This document shows positions 12,196 to 28,756 of a DNA stretch of 64,000 bases, piece by piece. The notes under the pieces are model-generated. The model ran no database searches. It was not told the origin of the DNA and worked only from the letters and a program-made list of their open reading frames with translations. Source of the DNA: the human T2T-CHM13v2.0 reference genome, Homo sapiens; the NCBI RefSeq assembly GCF_009914755.1, contig NC_060926.1, one strand, 5' to 3'. Position numbers and translations under genes: made by a program. Position 1 is the first letter of the stretch. Each line of letters starts with the position of its first letter.

Positions 12196-13134
12196 TATTC
12201 AAGAAGCATGTACTGAAAATGTATTATGCACCAGTTACAAAAAATATACAGATAAATAGAGCAGTGGTTTGTAAAATTTAAAGCAATACACCCATTATGT
12301 AGCTTTCTTCAATGAAAGTTTTAATTAATACCTCAGTGACTAATATATAGTTTAGTCTCAGTAATTGACTGTAGTGTTTCAAAATAATCTTAATACATAG
12401 TATACTGAGATCACATTTGCCCAGATTTGAAAGGAAAATCAGGCATATAATTTCTATCCCCACTACTCACCTTCACACCCCTCACCTACTTTCAGTATGT
12501 GAAGTTCCTTCTTGGTCTTGCTATCCTTATGCTAAAACACAACTGTTTTGCTTCCCCAAATTATAGGGAGTTGGGGTGATGCTGCATTGTTTGCTTAATC
12601 TGGAATCAAATTGCACAATGATAAAAAAAGAAACTATCATTGTTTTGGATGTTAGAGAACAATCTGATGTTTGCATATCAACAGAGGAAACATCTCCAGT
12701 GCTTATGACAAATGTGTAAATCCAGCAATTTAGGAGTCTCTAACAAAACCATCAGGATACATTTGTTGTGAGATTGATTGTCCCTGTGTTTCTAGCTAAT
12801 GTTATACTATGGGTGTTCCTAAATGGCTAAGAAATGTCATCTCAGAATGCTTGCTGTAATAAGCCCAAGGTGTGAATTATTAGACATCTTTCTTCAGTAG
12901 TCATTTTCATATGGTAATTAGAGATGTCAAACTCACCCTGTGTTTTGTTTTTCAAATTTAGGGAGCTCAGTATGCTGCATCTCTAGCCATTGTATTACCT
13001 AGCAATGACCTTAAAGCGAACTACTATGCAGAGAATGTGGCCTTAAGGTGCCCTAAGGGTCTCTGAGCAGGTTACAGAATTTGATGAGACACAGAGGATT
13101 GTAATTCTCTTATTTGCTGGAGGTAGTGATTTAG

Positions 13135-13320
13135 CCTGATAGCTTAAAAGCACAGATTTTTATTTCAGAAATCTTAGTTTGCACCCAGACTCTGCCACTT
13201 GTTTGCTGTGTGAACTTTACCAGCTTGTTTAACTTTCTAAGCCTTAGTTTTCTCAATTATTATCATAAAATAATGCTAGTACATATCTTAAGTGGTTGTA
13301 ATGAATATTCAAAAACCTAA
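13135..13320 (+). mobile_element. MIR fragment
   Basis: ctctgccacttgtttgctgtgtgaactt...aactttctaagccttagttttctca. Confidence 0.65.
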
Positions 13321-13606
13321 AACATTTAATGAAATTACTACCATCTATACTACTATATATTTCATAATCCCCAAATAAATGTAAACCATTGTTCTTTACA
13401 ACAATATTAGAAGTATCTCACAGGCTTTGTGACATAACAGCACAGTTATCAGATTTAGGAACACATAGGAGGGTGCAGAAAACCAGAAAAACAAAACAAA
13501 AAACAAACCCAGTGATCAAAAGGAGGAGAAAAGGGAAACAAAACATTTTTAAAGTGCCCAATATCGAGCAGAAGTTTGGCGGACAACATCCCATTGAATT
13601 GAATTA

Positions 13607-13840
<234 letters not shown>

Positions 13841-14267
13841 CTATTAAGTGGTAGTGCCAGAATTTAATCCTGTGTCTGACCTCACATCTTTTTTTTTTTT
13901 TTTCTCACAAGCCAACATTAAATATCAGGCACACTTAGATTAGCAATTCTGCAGATAATAAATATCCAAGGCAAATAGCAAAGCATATTGGATCATGGAA
14001 GTGACCTGATTGGAAGTGAGCCCAGTGATAAGTCTCTGTTATTCCAAAACAAACAATTTTTCACAGGAGATCCTTGGGAACCTCCTACCAGAGCAAGAAT
14101 TAATTTTACAACATGATTTTCTGGGTCTCAGTTTACCAATATGTATGTACAAACGACCACAGACATCCAGGTCAGGAATCAGGAGTGGTGGTGGCAGAGC
14201 ACAGGAAGTGGATTACCAGGGACATTTGGACTGTCTCAACATCCATGAAAGTGATGAAAAAATAGGC

Positions 14268-14712
14268 ACTATGGGAGCTAATTTAATGTGTCAACTTGAC
14301 TAGACTAGGAAATTGTCCAGGTAGTTGGTAAAACAGTACTTTGAGGTGTGTCTGTAAGGGGATTTCTGGAAGAGATCAGCATTTGACTCTTTAGATTGAG
14401 TAGATAATCCATCCTCACATCAAAGTGGGCAGCATAATCCAATTTGTTGAAAACCCAGAAAGAAGGAAAAGGCAGAGGAAAGGAAAATTCTCTTTCTCTC
14501 TTTTTGAGCTGGAACAACCATCTTCTGTGGCTCTGAAACCTCACAACTTCAGGTTCCCAGGCCTTCAGCTTCAGACTGAGTTAAACAGCAGGATTTTCTG
14601 TTTCTCCAGCTTGGAAAGGCAGATTATGGGAGGGACTTCCTGGCTGTCATAATCATATGAGCCAATTCCCATAATTAATCTTATCTATCTATCTATAGCC
14701 TGTATTTCCTAT
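14268..14712 (+). mobile_element. MLT2-type (ERVL) solo LTR
   Basis: gctaatttaatgtgtcaacttgactag...gtgagccaattcc-like motif and atct repeats near the 3' end. Confidence 0.8.
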
Positions 14713-14944
14713 TATAGTAGATGTCTTCCTCAAACTAATGCCAATTTTTATAGAACTCTAAAAGACTGATATTAGTGTTTCCATTTTATAGAACTAAAAC
14801 GTAAGGCTATAAAGGATACTATAATTTTCCCAAGGTCATACAATAAATGATGGTAGGGAAATAATTTTATATTAAAAATTAAAAAGGGTGCTTGGCTATG
14901 AGACAGGTACATGAATCTTGTTTGTGACTAAGATGTGGTGAAAC

Positions 14945-15973
<1,029 letters not shown>

Positions 15974-16009
15974 AAACCTCCACCAGATAATTTTACCTTT
16001 CAATATACA

Positions 16010-16235
16010 GCAGCATGATGTAAAGAAGAAACACTGGACACTGAGTCATAATAGTTTGTCTTTAGTTTTGGCTTTATGTTATAAAGTGTAGCCTTGAACA
16101 CCTCATTTAATTAAACTATTTGACCTTCAGTATACTCAGTTGTAAAATATGAGTATAATATTTCCCCTGCCTATTTCACTGGGCAGTAATAGGACGGTAA
16201 TGAAATCGTGAATTGGCACTACATAAATTTAAAGA
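16010..16235 (+). mobile_element. MIR fragment
   Basis: ccttcagtatactcagttgtaaaatatgagtataata...cctgcctatttcactggg. Confidence 0.6.
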
Positions 16236-17440
16236 TAATATGCAAATGTGACATTATTTTTGCCTATCTTCCTGGAGCTACATTTAAATAAAATGGGTTA
16301 ATACCTATGAAAATGCCATTCTATTATAATGGAAAATCAAGAATCATTAATGATAAGTGTAACCATTCCTGGGGTCGTACAGCTGTTTGAATATTAATAT
16401 GGAAAGGTGATTGTTGTGTTTTTCTTTCTTATTAATGATTCAATAATTAACATGTAATTATTATGAATTCTGTTTTTGTCATAAAGAAAACAAATCTCGG
16501 TGACAGCTGACTTGATGAAGGTCATTCAGTTAGTTAATGATACTGGGATTAGAATTCAGGTTCTGTTCTTTAAAACCTTATGCCTTTTCTCTCCTTTTCT
16601 TATATAAAAACGTGTAATTTTATGTCTCATAGAACAATACACAAAAGTTAATTTCATTTCTTCTTCAGAGTATTTGCATTTTAAAAGTCATCTTTCAACC
16701 TAATACTTTACAAAAGACACTAATTCAGTTTTCCCAATTCTCTGGTGAGTTATATAGAAAGGTTTAGTTGTTGTTGTCTATGTTTTCTGTTTTGGTAGAC
16801 CTTATTTCTGCTTCTGGATACTTCTTCCTAAGCCCTGAGATGAGTCCCTTTATTGACTTCCCTCCTTTCTTTGATCTTCCAAACATTTTCCAGATCCCAG
16901 GGGCCTCTTTTCCTGGTCCTCTGGCTAGTTAGCCAGAACATTGTTCTTGCTACTTTGCTGTGTGGTTCCTGAGCTTAGTCAAATTTGGCTCCATGTTTAA
17001 GTGGCAGGAGTAAAGAGAGAGGGAAAAAGAGAACAGAGATTTCCTTACCTCCAGACTTTCTGGAACTTAAGCCTTTCCTAAGGCATTTTGCCTATATACT
17101 AGTATTTCACTTACCACCATTTACCTTCAGAGATGCTAACACTTGTTCAAATTGCAAAATACCAAAATAAAGCTGTACTAGATACTCAAATACTGTACTG
17201 AAAGAGTGTAAATATTTTAGAAGAGTAATTTTGAACCAGAACTGTGGATGAAAAAGCCTCTATAAATCAAAATTATTTTGTTCTCTGGTTGAGGTTGGTT
17301 ATTGTAGCCTAGAGCACAGAGGATTGTTATTTTGAAATGAATTGAATATTTATGAAAATATATTCTACCCTTTTAACTAGAATAAAGAGTTTTATTGTCA
17401 ACTATACCAGTAGAAAATAACAAAGCCTTAAGAAGATACA

Positions 17441-17441
<1 letters not shown>

Positions 17442-17475
<34 letters not shown>

Positions 17476-17488
17476 ACGCACACACACA
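17442..17488. repeat. (CA)n microsatellite, imperfect
   Basis: Seen directly. Confidence 0.97.
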
Positions 17489-18014
17489 GGCTGTTTCTAA
17501 GATATAAAAATTATCATAGAATTATTATTTAAGAAACCTTTTTTATAAATACAAGTTAATTAAACATGTTGAAATTGAAGATGTCCTACCACTTTGTTTT
17601 CTTCTTTGGTAAACAGATAACAGTGATTGTTTATGTCCAATTGAAATCAATTCTCACTTGACAACCATAAAATTGTAACTTCCACTATAAAGGCAAATAA
17701 TTTGATATTCACATCTCAAAAATAATGAATGTTATACATCGTTTTCAGCTGACTGGTGAATCAACAAGATTCCATCTCGTACCTTGAAGAAGATAGCTTT
17801 TGGCTTGGTGATAAATGGCATCCTTAAAGAAAAAAATTCATTCCTAACTTTAGAAACACAACTATTTCTCCCTGACTTACACTTTCTGTGTGGACTTCAA
17901 CAATGAATAACTTATTTTATATTCTTTAGAAGTACAGTAATTAGAGATAATTAGATAATTAAGAATAAAGATGATCTGATAGGTAGGTAGGTAGGTTGAT
18001 ATAAAGTTCAATAA

Positions 18015-18500
18015 ATGCCACCCCACAATACAATGCTCTAGTTTGATTACTTGGAACCGAAGGAACTTGGGAAACAAAGGATACAGGCAGAGGCTTTCTC
18101 TGAACTTGCCTTATCTGCCTACAAAAGGAACTCAGTTGTCATGAATCCCTTCCCCAGGAATTTAATGAAATAGGAGGGATTAACCCAGATCATAGGGGAA
18201 ACTAGAGGTTAGGATCACACCCATACAAACTTTGTGACAGGCCACCATCTGTTCTTATGAGGGCCTGTTCATCTTGCCCCAAAATCATTTACTCTCTCCT
18301 ATGTTGCCTCCATCTCTGCTCTCACTTCCCTGTGAAGATCTCACTAGGGTTTGGAGTATTCACTTTTCTTTCATGTGATGTCCCCATGCAGGTAATAACT
18401 TTGCACACCTTAACACCTGTTAATCTGCCTAGTGTCAGTTTATTTCCTAGACACAATTATTGAACACTGAGAGGGTAGAAAGTTTGCCCTTCCCTAAGTT
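18015..18500 (+). mobile_element. Old ERV1-type solo LTR (MER67/MER89-like; family uncertain)
   Basis: ttgattacttggaaccgaaagg...ctctgaacttgccttatctgcc...cctgttaatctgcct...gagagggtagaaagtttgcccttccct resembles MER4-group LTRs. Confidence 0.55.
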
Positions 18501-21499
18501 GGATAGATAGATACTAGATAGATAGATTTGGTTTTGCTGGTCCTGCTCAGCACTAACTTGGGAAAACTTAGTGCTATAATTGGTGACTGAAATGGAAATA
18601 TTCGTGGAAGAATCATATGTATCATACAGAGAAAAGAATAAAAGCTCTTAGCAAATTTGAGATCTACATATTATTAAAAATAATAATTCACTAAACAATG
18701 TGCTTTTTCTAAATAAAATTGAACTGACATGTTTGCTTAATCACAATTGCAGGGCGATATTATTAACCATTCACATTTTATATGCCTACTAAATCAAGTT
18801 CAGAACGGTCAGGTGCTTTTGTCCAACAGTACACAAAAAGAACTTATGAATGACAGGATTCCGAAGCATGTTTAATTGACTCCAAGCCCTGAGGCCCTTT
18901 GTATTGAGTAGCATGATGCAAGATTTAGAAGGGAGAGAAATCCTGGAGAGTTGAAAAGTTAAGATAAAAATTAATGTAAGAGCGAAAAGAATTCAGACAC
19001 ATTGAAACAATGTGGGATTATGGAAAGCACAGTGGAAGATCTAGAAAGATGAGCCTAAGATGATCTAGACAGTCAGAATGTGAGCTTGTCTTTAAAAAGA
19101 CAGTTGCAAGTGCATCCACCTGATTAAAGTTTCAGTGTGACTGATTTACAATTACAACAAAACATAACACAACTTTGTTATAGGTGATTTTCTAAATAGT
19201 TGAGTAGTAGAAAGAAATGGTGACATTTTTATCTGCCTCTCTACCAGATACACTGGAAATGTTTCTCCTTTCATTAATTACGTGATAAGAGAGAGGATAA
19301 AAATATAGGTATTGATCATATGCTTTGGGTAAAAATGATCACTATAGCAAAAGTCTCTCCCTAAAACATAAACCAATTGATCACATTGTCTCAATTTTCC
19401 TATTATTTCTTCCTTTCTTAAAAAATGTTGAAGGTCATCTCTAAACTGGGTTCTAAATAATCCTTCTGCTTAGCATTTAAAGTTCTCAATTTTTCTCCAG
19501 CATTTTTTAATATCTTAGCTTTAAATAAGCTTTCTAACATTCTACTCTTTAGCTTCTCCACTCAAAAAAATTAAAAAGGTCCCTGGGCTCTTCATATTAT
19601 GGTTAATTACAATGTTGCATGAGATAATTCTTGAACACACATCTTAGCAGCTTACCACCATTTCCTATTACTGACTCATCATAGCTAAGGTCTCTAGAAG
19701 GCTTTCTAGTCTCCAAGCAGCACCATCCAGTGCATTTTGCTTGTCTCTGATCTTTTAGCAATTCTTTACGTCTCTCAGTTTTGCCCAAGGAAAGTTTGTC
19801 TTTGAATTTAACTCCTAAATACATTTTAGACCTATTGGCATCTAAGTTACAATGACTTATGCTATATCATCTATTTTTTATTTACATTTCTTTGTAGTAT
19901 TCATATGCATTTAATTTAACTTGCTTTAAATCATGCTTAATTATTTGCGATAAATTTTGGTAATGCCACTTGTAAAAAATTTAAGTTCAACAATTCTTAA
20001 TAATTGCATATTGTGCGGAAAGCACAGTCTAAAGCTCCACCCAAATTTTTTATGGCTTTCCCAATCTCTCCTGCACACACTGGCCTTTCTCTTATCTTAA
20101 TTACTACAGACTGTACTCACATCACATCATATTCTCTAAGATATTTTCTACGTATAATGGCTCACAATTGTAGCTACAACTATGCTGGGGAAACCTGGCT
20201 TTGGTAAAATTAACATCCTATGCTTTTATCCGAAGCGTAAAATTTATGTTTTGGTTACTTAGTACTGTAAATGGTTGTCAAATATGAAATATACATATTT
20301 TCAAGAAGTATAATATGACTTCTGATTTATATAAAAATTGAAAACAAAAAAAGCTAAGCTATAAAATATATTTCATAGGTAAAAATAAGAAATCTGCTTT
20401 TCAGATAGCTTCTTTTAGAGCCTGTAACCACATTTATCTAAACTATTATACCCTGCATGCCCAATACACTGCACAAATGGACCAATAGCAAGCAAACTAT
20501 TGACCTTCCCTCATCCCAAAGATTTGGCCCTCATCTTAAAAGCAGCTATAAATCCTCACATTTCCCCATGCTGCTCATCACTAGTTTGCAGAATCAGCAT
20601 TCTGGCCCATGCTGACTATATGTCCAGAAATAATGCATTCCCAAAGCAATATTCTCCATTACGCTGAGTCAGCATGCTGAAGGACAAGCAACACAAAGAT
20701 ATGTCTTTAAGTGTTGTGGGTCTGAGCCAGGGCTTGTCAGTGGAGATGAGTATTCGATATGTATACGAATAACATACAGGTTGCATGAATCTTTTAATCT
20801 AACACTAGTCACATACGTGTAAATGCCTGTAGTTTTTGCTTCATTAGATAACATGTTAGTTTCTGTCTATGAAAGATGAAAAACCTGAAGTCATTTTTAT
20901 AAATCTCCAAATCTGATGTCTTACTATGCTTATAAGATTTGACAAGATGATCTATGATGATTTGACATATTTAAATCAACATGACCCGGTGATGCTATCA
21001 TATTGTTAAAACATATATTCTAATTTATCATGCCTACTTCAGAAATATAATGGCTATTGATTGATAAGGCACTCATTGGAACTTTTAAGAACTGGTAATG
21101 CAATCTATGTTTATCTAGAGTCATGGTTATGAAGAAAATAATCCCTAGATGGCTGAAGCTAACAGCTTTGGAATTATCTGTGAGCTCTATCTATTCCAGG
21201 TTGCTATCATTATAAAAAAGCAAGTTAAAAAGGCATTATCATCAGATATTCATCTTATAATCTTGGCTTCACATCTCAGCTCCTTAAATTCATATTGAGT
21301 ATCTTTGACTCTGCTGCTGTCTCTAATTCCATCCTCTGAATGAAAAGAAAGCATTCCTTCAGAGACAATTTTGATAATCATCCTCCTTCTACATGCATTT
21401 ATATTTGTGAGAGCACCCACATTTCATCACAACTCTACATTATTTATTTCAGTTGGATCTTTCTTGAAAGAAGGAAAAGTGGAACAATCAACAGTGATG

Positions 21500-22215
21500 G
21501 AAAGGAAACACTGCTATGTTAAAGGTAGGTATCATTATTCACCTGAGAAATGTAAATTAAAACTAAAGTGAAGTACCACTACCTACCCATAAAGTTGGCT
21601 ACAATTAATGAGACTGACATTAGCAAATATGTGGGGCAATGGGAACTCTTGGTTGGTGAGGGTGTTAACGGACCCACATTTTCAAAAACTGTTTGGCAAT
21701 ATTTACAAAAGTTAAATACACCCTAAGATCTAGCATTTCTATCTTTAGGTATATGTCTAAGAGGAATAAGTGTATATATTACCAAAAAGCAAGCATAAGT
21801 ATGTTCATGACAGTTATATTCATAATAACCCAAAAGTAAAAGCAACCCAAATATCCATCAATGGAACATGAATACATATGTTGTGGTTTATTCTTATAAC
21901 AGGATACTATAAAGTAACAAAAAGAAAAAAAAATTTATATTTGCATCCACACGGATGAATTTTACAGTCATCATATCAGGCAAAAGGGCAAAAGCTTTAT
22001 GCCAAAGAATACTTATCATATAATCCCACTTCTACAAAATGTGAGAGTAGGCAAAACTGATGGTGATAAGAAGAATAGTTAGCATGGAGTGGTGAAGTAA
22101 ACTTTTGGGGTCATATATATGATTTACATTTGGATGTTGGAGGTGGTTATATGAGCATATACATGTGTAAAAATTTATTAATCTGTATACCTAACAATTG
22201 TGAGCTTGGTGCATC
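21500..22215 (+). mobile_element. Old L1M (L1MC/ME-like) 3' fragment
   Basis: gaaatgtaaattaaaact...caacccaaatatccatcaatgg...ggatgaattttacag are L1 3' motifs. Confidence 0.75.
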
Positions 22216-22508
22216 AGGCTAAATATATTTTAAGCCATAATTTTAGACAGTAAACACTAATAAAAATATACCAGAAAATTAGAGTATACTTTTCTCATTT
22301 CTGAGAGTCAGTCCTGTGGCAATCTACCATGTTGATGAGCCTGGCAGCTAATATGTGTCTGCAAATGTTATTACTTTGAATGAAAATAATCATGATTCCA
22401 AATTAACATTTTTCTATGGCATAAGGTAGGATTCAAGGTTGATTTCATTAGCCAAGGTCTGTTTTCTGGCTTCAGTACAGCAGATGGGGGAGTAGGTCTT
22501 TCAGTTCT

Positions 22509-22948
22509 TGTCTTAGTCTGTTTTCTGTTGCTTATAACTGATTACCTGAAACTAGGTAATTTATAAAGGAAAGTAATTCATTTCTTATAGTTATGGAGGC
22601 TAGGAAGTTCAAGGTCAAGAGGGCACATCTCGTGAGAGCCTTCTTGCCAATGAGGACTCTATGGCCTTCTGAGGTGGCGTTCAGCATCACATGGCCAGGG
22701 ACCTGAGCATGCTAACATGCTAGCTGAGGAATCTTTTCTCCTTTTAAAACCACCAGTTCCTCTCTCATGATAGCCCATTCATCCATTTACCCATTAATTC
22801 ATTAATCTGCAAATAGGTTATTCCATTCATGAGGGCAGAGCCTTCTATGACCCAGTTCTCTTTTAAAGCTTCCATGTCTGAATATATGGCCACATTGGGG
22901 ATTCAATTTCAGTGTAAGTTTTGAGGATGGGGACATTCAGACTATAGC
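22509..22948 (-). mobile_element. MST-type MaLR solo LTR
   Basis: tgtcttagtctgttttctgttgc...ggacattcagactatagc. Confidence 0.85.
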
Positions 22949-23969
22949 TGTCCTCAGGGGGGAATCTGAGCAGCACAGCATCCACTAAAATAGGAAAAAA
23001 TTGAACACAATGTTCCTCAAAGGAGCCTACAAACAAGAACTTCAAGCAGTGAAATACAGAATAAACACAATACAGAAAGTGAAACAGTTTGAGTTACTAA
23101 ATTGTATTTAGAAGTTGACATATGACTCCATTCCCCTTTCCATTTATAATAATAAAATTTAAACTGGCTACAGGCCCCACCTTATTTATCAAAATAAGCA
23201 TTTATTGATGGTTTTTTAAAAGAAGACTTAACAGTCAATGTATAAATCCTATATTTACAAAAGAAACATTTGTCTTTGAATCAAGCAAATTTGATTTATA
23301 AATTCAGTTTCTGCAAAGCTTTCTAAGAGATTGTTTTAGCCGTTTTTGTGTTTTCACTCTGCATAATGAAAACTGCCGTGCTGCAGTGCCAACAGTAAAA
23401 ATGCATTGAATGATCATGTAAAATATCTTCAGTTCTTCTGGAAACTATATATATGCATTGAAATTTCTAAAGAATGGCTTTTATCATAAATAGTCTAAAC
23501 ATATACCATTCTTGGTAATAATTCAACTCTTACATTTAATCTCACTTTTAGAAAACGTTGACATTTACAACTATAATTACAATCACACGGCCAGGGCATT
23601 AAATTAACCTGATATTAAAGATCAGAGTAATTTCTAGAAATTTAAAGGAAATAACTTCAAAAGATATGAGGATACGCTTTTAGTGTTTTTAATGTTTAAG
23701 ATCTGAAAATGGTTAAATCCACAGTGTTCTATGACATCAAAATAAATAAACAAACAAAAAAAACATACATGAACTTATGATCAATGAAGGATCACCAAAT
23801 ATTTGAGAACTGAAAACTAGGCTGGGCCAGAGTAATTATTCTCCCTTTGTGCATCCACACTTTTCTCAGTGGAAGGACCGTAGAATGTGGAATTTCTAAC
23901 TTAAAAATAACCACATGTAGTAAAAATAGAAAAGTAAATTCTAGTAAATTTGAGAATTCTAGTAAAATT

Positions 23970-24250
23970 TAAGAAGTAACACATCACTTTCTCAGTGAGG
24001 CTTTTCCTAAGCATGCTATAGAAAATATCAAAACTCCATGCCCCCCTGCCATCCTCCGCACCTGGCATGCCCCATAATTTTTAAATATCTTTGTTTACTT
24101 TATCATATATTTATTAATTTTCCCAATTCTAGCTCTTTCCACTAGAATGTAAGCTCCATGGGCAGGGGCTTTTTCTAGGTTTGGATTTTATTCATTTCCA
24201 CCTTTATTTCTCTTAGCAAAAATGCTTGAGATACTGAGCTCTAACAATGC
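23970..24250 (+). mobile_element. L2 3' fragment
   Basis: catcactttctcagtgaggcttttcct...ctagaatgtaagctccatgggcagggg. Confidence 0.6.
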
Positions 24251-24288
24251 CATTTAAAACAAGCCTTGCTTCCCTAAACCCTATAGGG

Positions 24289-24503
24289 CAGTATTTCTCA
24301 ACCTCTGCATTATCGACGTTTGAGGCTGGAAAATTCTTTGTGTGAGGAGCTGTTTTGTGCCTTGTGGGATGTTTCATAGCCTCTATAGCTTCTACCCACT
24401 AAATGCCAGTAGCCTCTTCCTTCCAGTGGGGTGACAACAAAAATGTCTCCAGACATAGCCAAATGTCTTCTTGGGAGCAAAGTCACCCCAGTCATAGACA
24501 CTG
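24289..24503 (-). mobile_element. MER20 (hAT-Charlie) DNA transposon
   Basis: CAG...CTG termini, gacaacaaaaatgtctccagacatagccaaatgtc, 8-bp TSD ctataggg/ctatagga. Confidence 0.9.
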
Positions 24504-25015
24504 CTATAGGAAATTTGGTAACATCATTTTAGTTGATGATAAGAAAGTTCTCCACACCTGGATTCTGAAGCAGTTAAGAGAGAGAAAAAAAATAAATTAA
24601 AGGGTGAAATCACACAAAGATCAAATATAGAATGCAACTTGGATCGGCAGGCAAGTTGCTTATTCTTGGCTCAAGGATTAACCACATTTACCTACCCTGA
24701 TACAAGCAGTCCTGGTAAGTGCAGGCCTCTACTCCCTGGGGCAAACCTGCCCTGCTCAGATTACCATATGGATTATTGCAGGCCCAAGAGATAGATGAGG
24801 ACACAACCCCCCTAAGTAGGTTGGCAGATCCAAGGAGGCATCCAGAAAGGCAGATTCACGCAGGCTTAATTGCTTTGGCCTCCTGAAGAAATAAGGAATG
24901 GGAGAGGTCAAGGCTCCACTCCATGTGCCAAGGGTACTTTCATCCCTGCAGTTCTACTCTCCACTCACTCCAACTTGTCCCATGTTCCTACAGGCCAACC
25001 TCTACAAAACATACC

Positions 25016-25500
<485 letters not shown>

Positions 25501-27001
25501 CTTGTACTCACCTCCTTTTAAAACTCTTGTATTTAGGAAGATTTTCAAAATCATAAAACATTTAAAAATTGATACAGAGATATCCTATTCCTTTATCTTA
25601 ATTCAGCAATTTTAACATTTGACGTATGTTTTCATTATTTTATTTCTCTCTTCATACTTATCTATGAATAATACATAATTATGAAATTACATTTTATAAA
25701 CGGTTTCCTCAAAATACTTGAGTGTGTTTTTTATATCAAATAGATTATTTCACATAATCATGATATAGTTATTAAAATCAGGAAAGTTACTTATTGCTAC
25801 ATTGATCTATAGTCCACATTAAAAAATTTATTTTTCAAATTTTCCAATAATGTCTTTATGGTATTTTTGTTTTTACTCTAGTACAGGTTCTCATCCAAAA
25901 TTATGTATGGGATTTAGTTGTCGTGTTCCAAACACTACTTTTAAACACACTGTTTTCTGATGAGACCATGAATAATATAGTCTATGTTGAAATATGAAAA
26001 TTGATGAATAAATGACCCCAGTAGTCATAATTAGAATTATGAGAATGAAAGTTTTTGATATTTCCTTTTAAGCTGCACACCATTGTCTCAAAAAAGAGTG
26101 TCCTATTTACTTACTGTTCATTAAGTTTCTGCTCCATACAGACCCATGTCTGTAATAGGTTCTAAGGATTACAGTTTTGGAAGAGGAAGACATCAAATAA
26201 ATACACAAACATAATCATTTGTCCTAAGAATTCTAAGTTTAGCAGATGTGAGGGATTTGTTTTTCTTTCTTTCCCTCTGACAACAAAGGAGTGAACGTAA
26301 CTAGGACTTACAAATTTAAAATATCATTGAAAAAGAGATAAAAATACTTCTATAGATTTCTGCTATTTCACAAACCTTGCTGGTGGCAGACATCAGAAAT
26401 TAATCACGGGATATTTCTATTAAATCCAGTTGCCGTCTCAGAAACTGAGAAACTCATATGACCATAAACAAAGCAGTAATTATCAACCGATCAAAGCAGA
26501 CCTCCACAATGGAATTATTTTTCCTATTTCTAATCTAGGAATAAGCAATATGTTTTGAAAATAATTTGAAGGACCCAGATATGAATGAGGGGATGGACAC
26601 CAGCCAGGTCAGCCTGTAGCCAATGCAAAATAGTCAACCAAAGCAAGAATACCAGCCGAGCTCCTATGGTACTCCTATGAGTCCTAAGAACTATGAGCAG
26701 ACACCATTTTATTCAATTGCCAGACAGCTTAAGATATTGTGTCTCTCATTTTGAGGAGCACAGTTATCAGAAGCAAAACCAAAAGTAACCGTCTATCAAA
26801 AGATTATTTTTACACCCTGGCTCTGAAGTGGTATCTGAACTTGCAGAGGTGCATTTGTTAGCCTTGAGAGAACATGATAATGACCTAGTCTGAGTTACCA
26901 GACGTAACTACAGAGTAGATAAAAGACAGCCATAGATACATACATACAGAGTAGATAAAAGACAGAGAGTTTGCAAAAGACCAACTCAAATTAGAGATGT
27001 A

Positions 27002-27329
<328 letters not shown>

Positions 27330-27896
27330 CTAAGAACACAAAACAGAACCCTAAGCCATTTCATTCAGCTGAAACTGGCAAAGACACTAAGGGAGTCCGT
27401 AATAGTAATTATAGTAATAGCCATGGTGAAGAATCTGTAGTACTCCAAACTACCAATGAGCTTAATGTGAAAGCAAATAATTTGATTTTTTATTTGTTTG
27501 TTTTTTGCTTGCTTTTTGTTTTGTTTTGTTTTGTTTTGGCCCCTGTCAACAGATCAAAGGCTGCTTAACATTCCAGAGGTGATAAACAGGGACAAACACA
27601 AAGAGATCTGGCATTTCCCCGAGAGATGGCTTCTATTCCGTTAAGGCATACTGTATATGAGTGAACAGAAGGAGAATATTATTATAGGCTTTGCCTCAGG
27701 GCACTCAAATGAAAATCACATTTCACTACGTGATTGCATTTACAACACACAAAACAAGGGAAAAGAATGTGACTGGCTGCGCGTTTTGCTACATGTGACT
27801 TTCTTGTCCTCAAGTTAAATCTGACAAAATCATGCAAACTTCTTACTTCCCACTTAGAAAACAAACGTGAATTTTATGTTTATATTTACATAAATA

Positions 27897-27995
27897 CTAT
27901 ATATTATATATTATATGTACAGTATATATATTTATATATTTTATGTATATATGTATACACACACACACACGGAGACAGAGAGAGAGTATATATAT
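27897..27995. repeat. Compound (TA)n/(CA)n/(GA)n microsatellite
   Basis: Seen directly. Confidence 0.9.
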
Positions 27996-28756
27996 TCCTG
28001 AGTTTAAAATAGAAACAACAGAAACAAAAAGGAAAATTTTCTGAGACAAAAGCATAAGCACTTTCCCAGTGAAAGATGGTTTAATTCTAATAAGACAGAC
28101 AGTAGGTAGTCTTTGGAATCTGAGCATTTACTCCTCTATGAAAAAGCACATATAGCAAGATACAAGCTTACACATAGCTGGCTGTGGATACTGGCAATGT
28201 AGGGGAGTCGACACAACAAAATTTTAACTTCCTACTTAAGTTGCTGAAGTCCTGACACTTAATAATAAAAAAAAAAAATATATATATATATATATATGTA
28301 GAAGAACCTTCATAGAAGAAAGGAAGAAAGTGAGTAAGTAGGTACTGGTGTCCTCAGAAATGTAAAAGTGGTAACTATTAGGAGTAAAAAAAAGAGGGCA
28401 ACCAGGTGAAATTTCACCCTCTTCACGATATTACTGACCTTTCTCTCTTGACTGTATAATGTAATAAAACTAGTTAATTCCTAGGTTTTACACTTTGAAT
28501 ATGGAAATTGACTTGAATTCTGAGTCCTCTTCCTTTCCAAGATTAGCACCATGGGGAAAATAATGCCTAAGTGAAATTGTCATAGAAAATGGTTTATTAC
28601 ATTTTTATTACATTTTTTTTCTCCTATTTTTCTTTCATATCCTTCTCCTCCTCCTCCTTCTTCTATGAGAATTGATTGGATACATACATTTCAAAAAAAA
28701 TAGTTTGTTTTAGGACTTAGTGAGTCATCTTGGAATAAGAGATACTTCCTAGAGGA

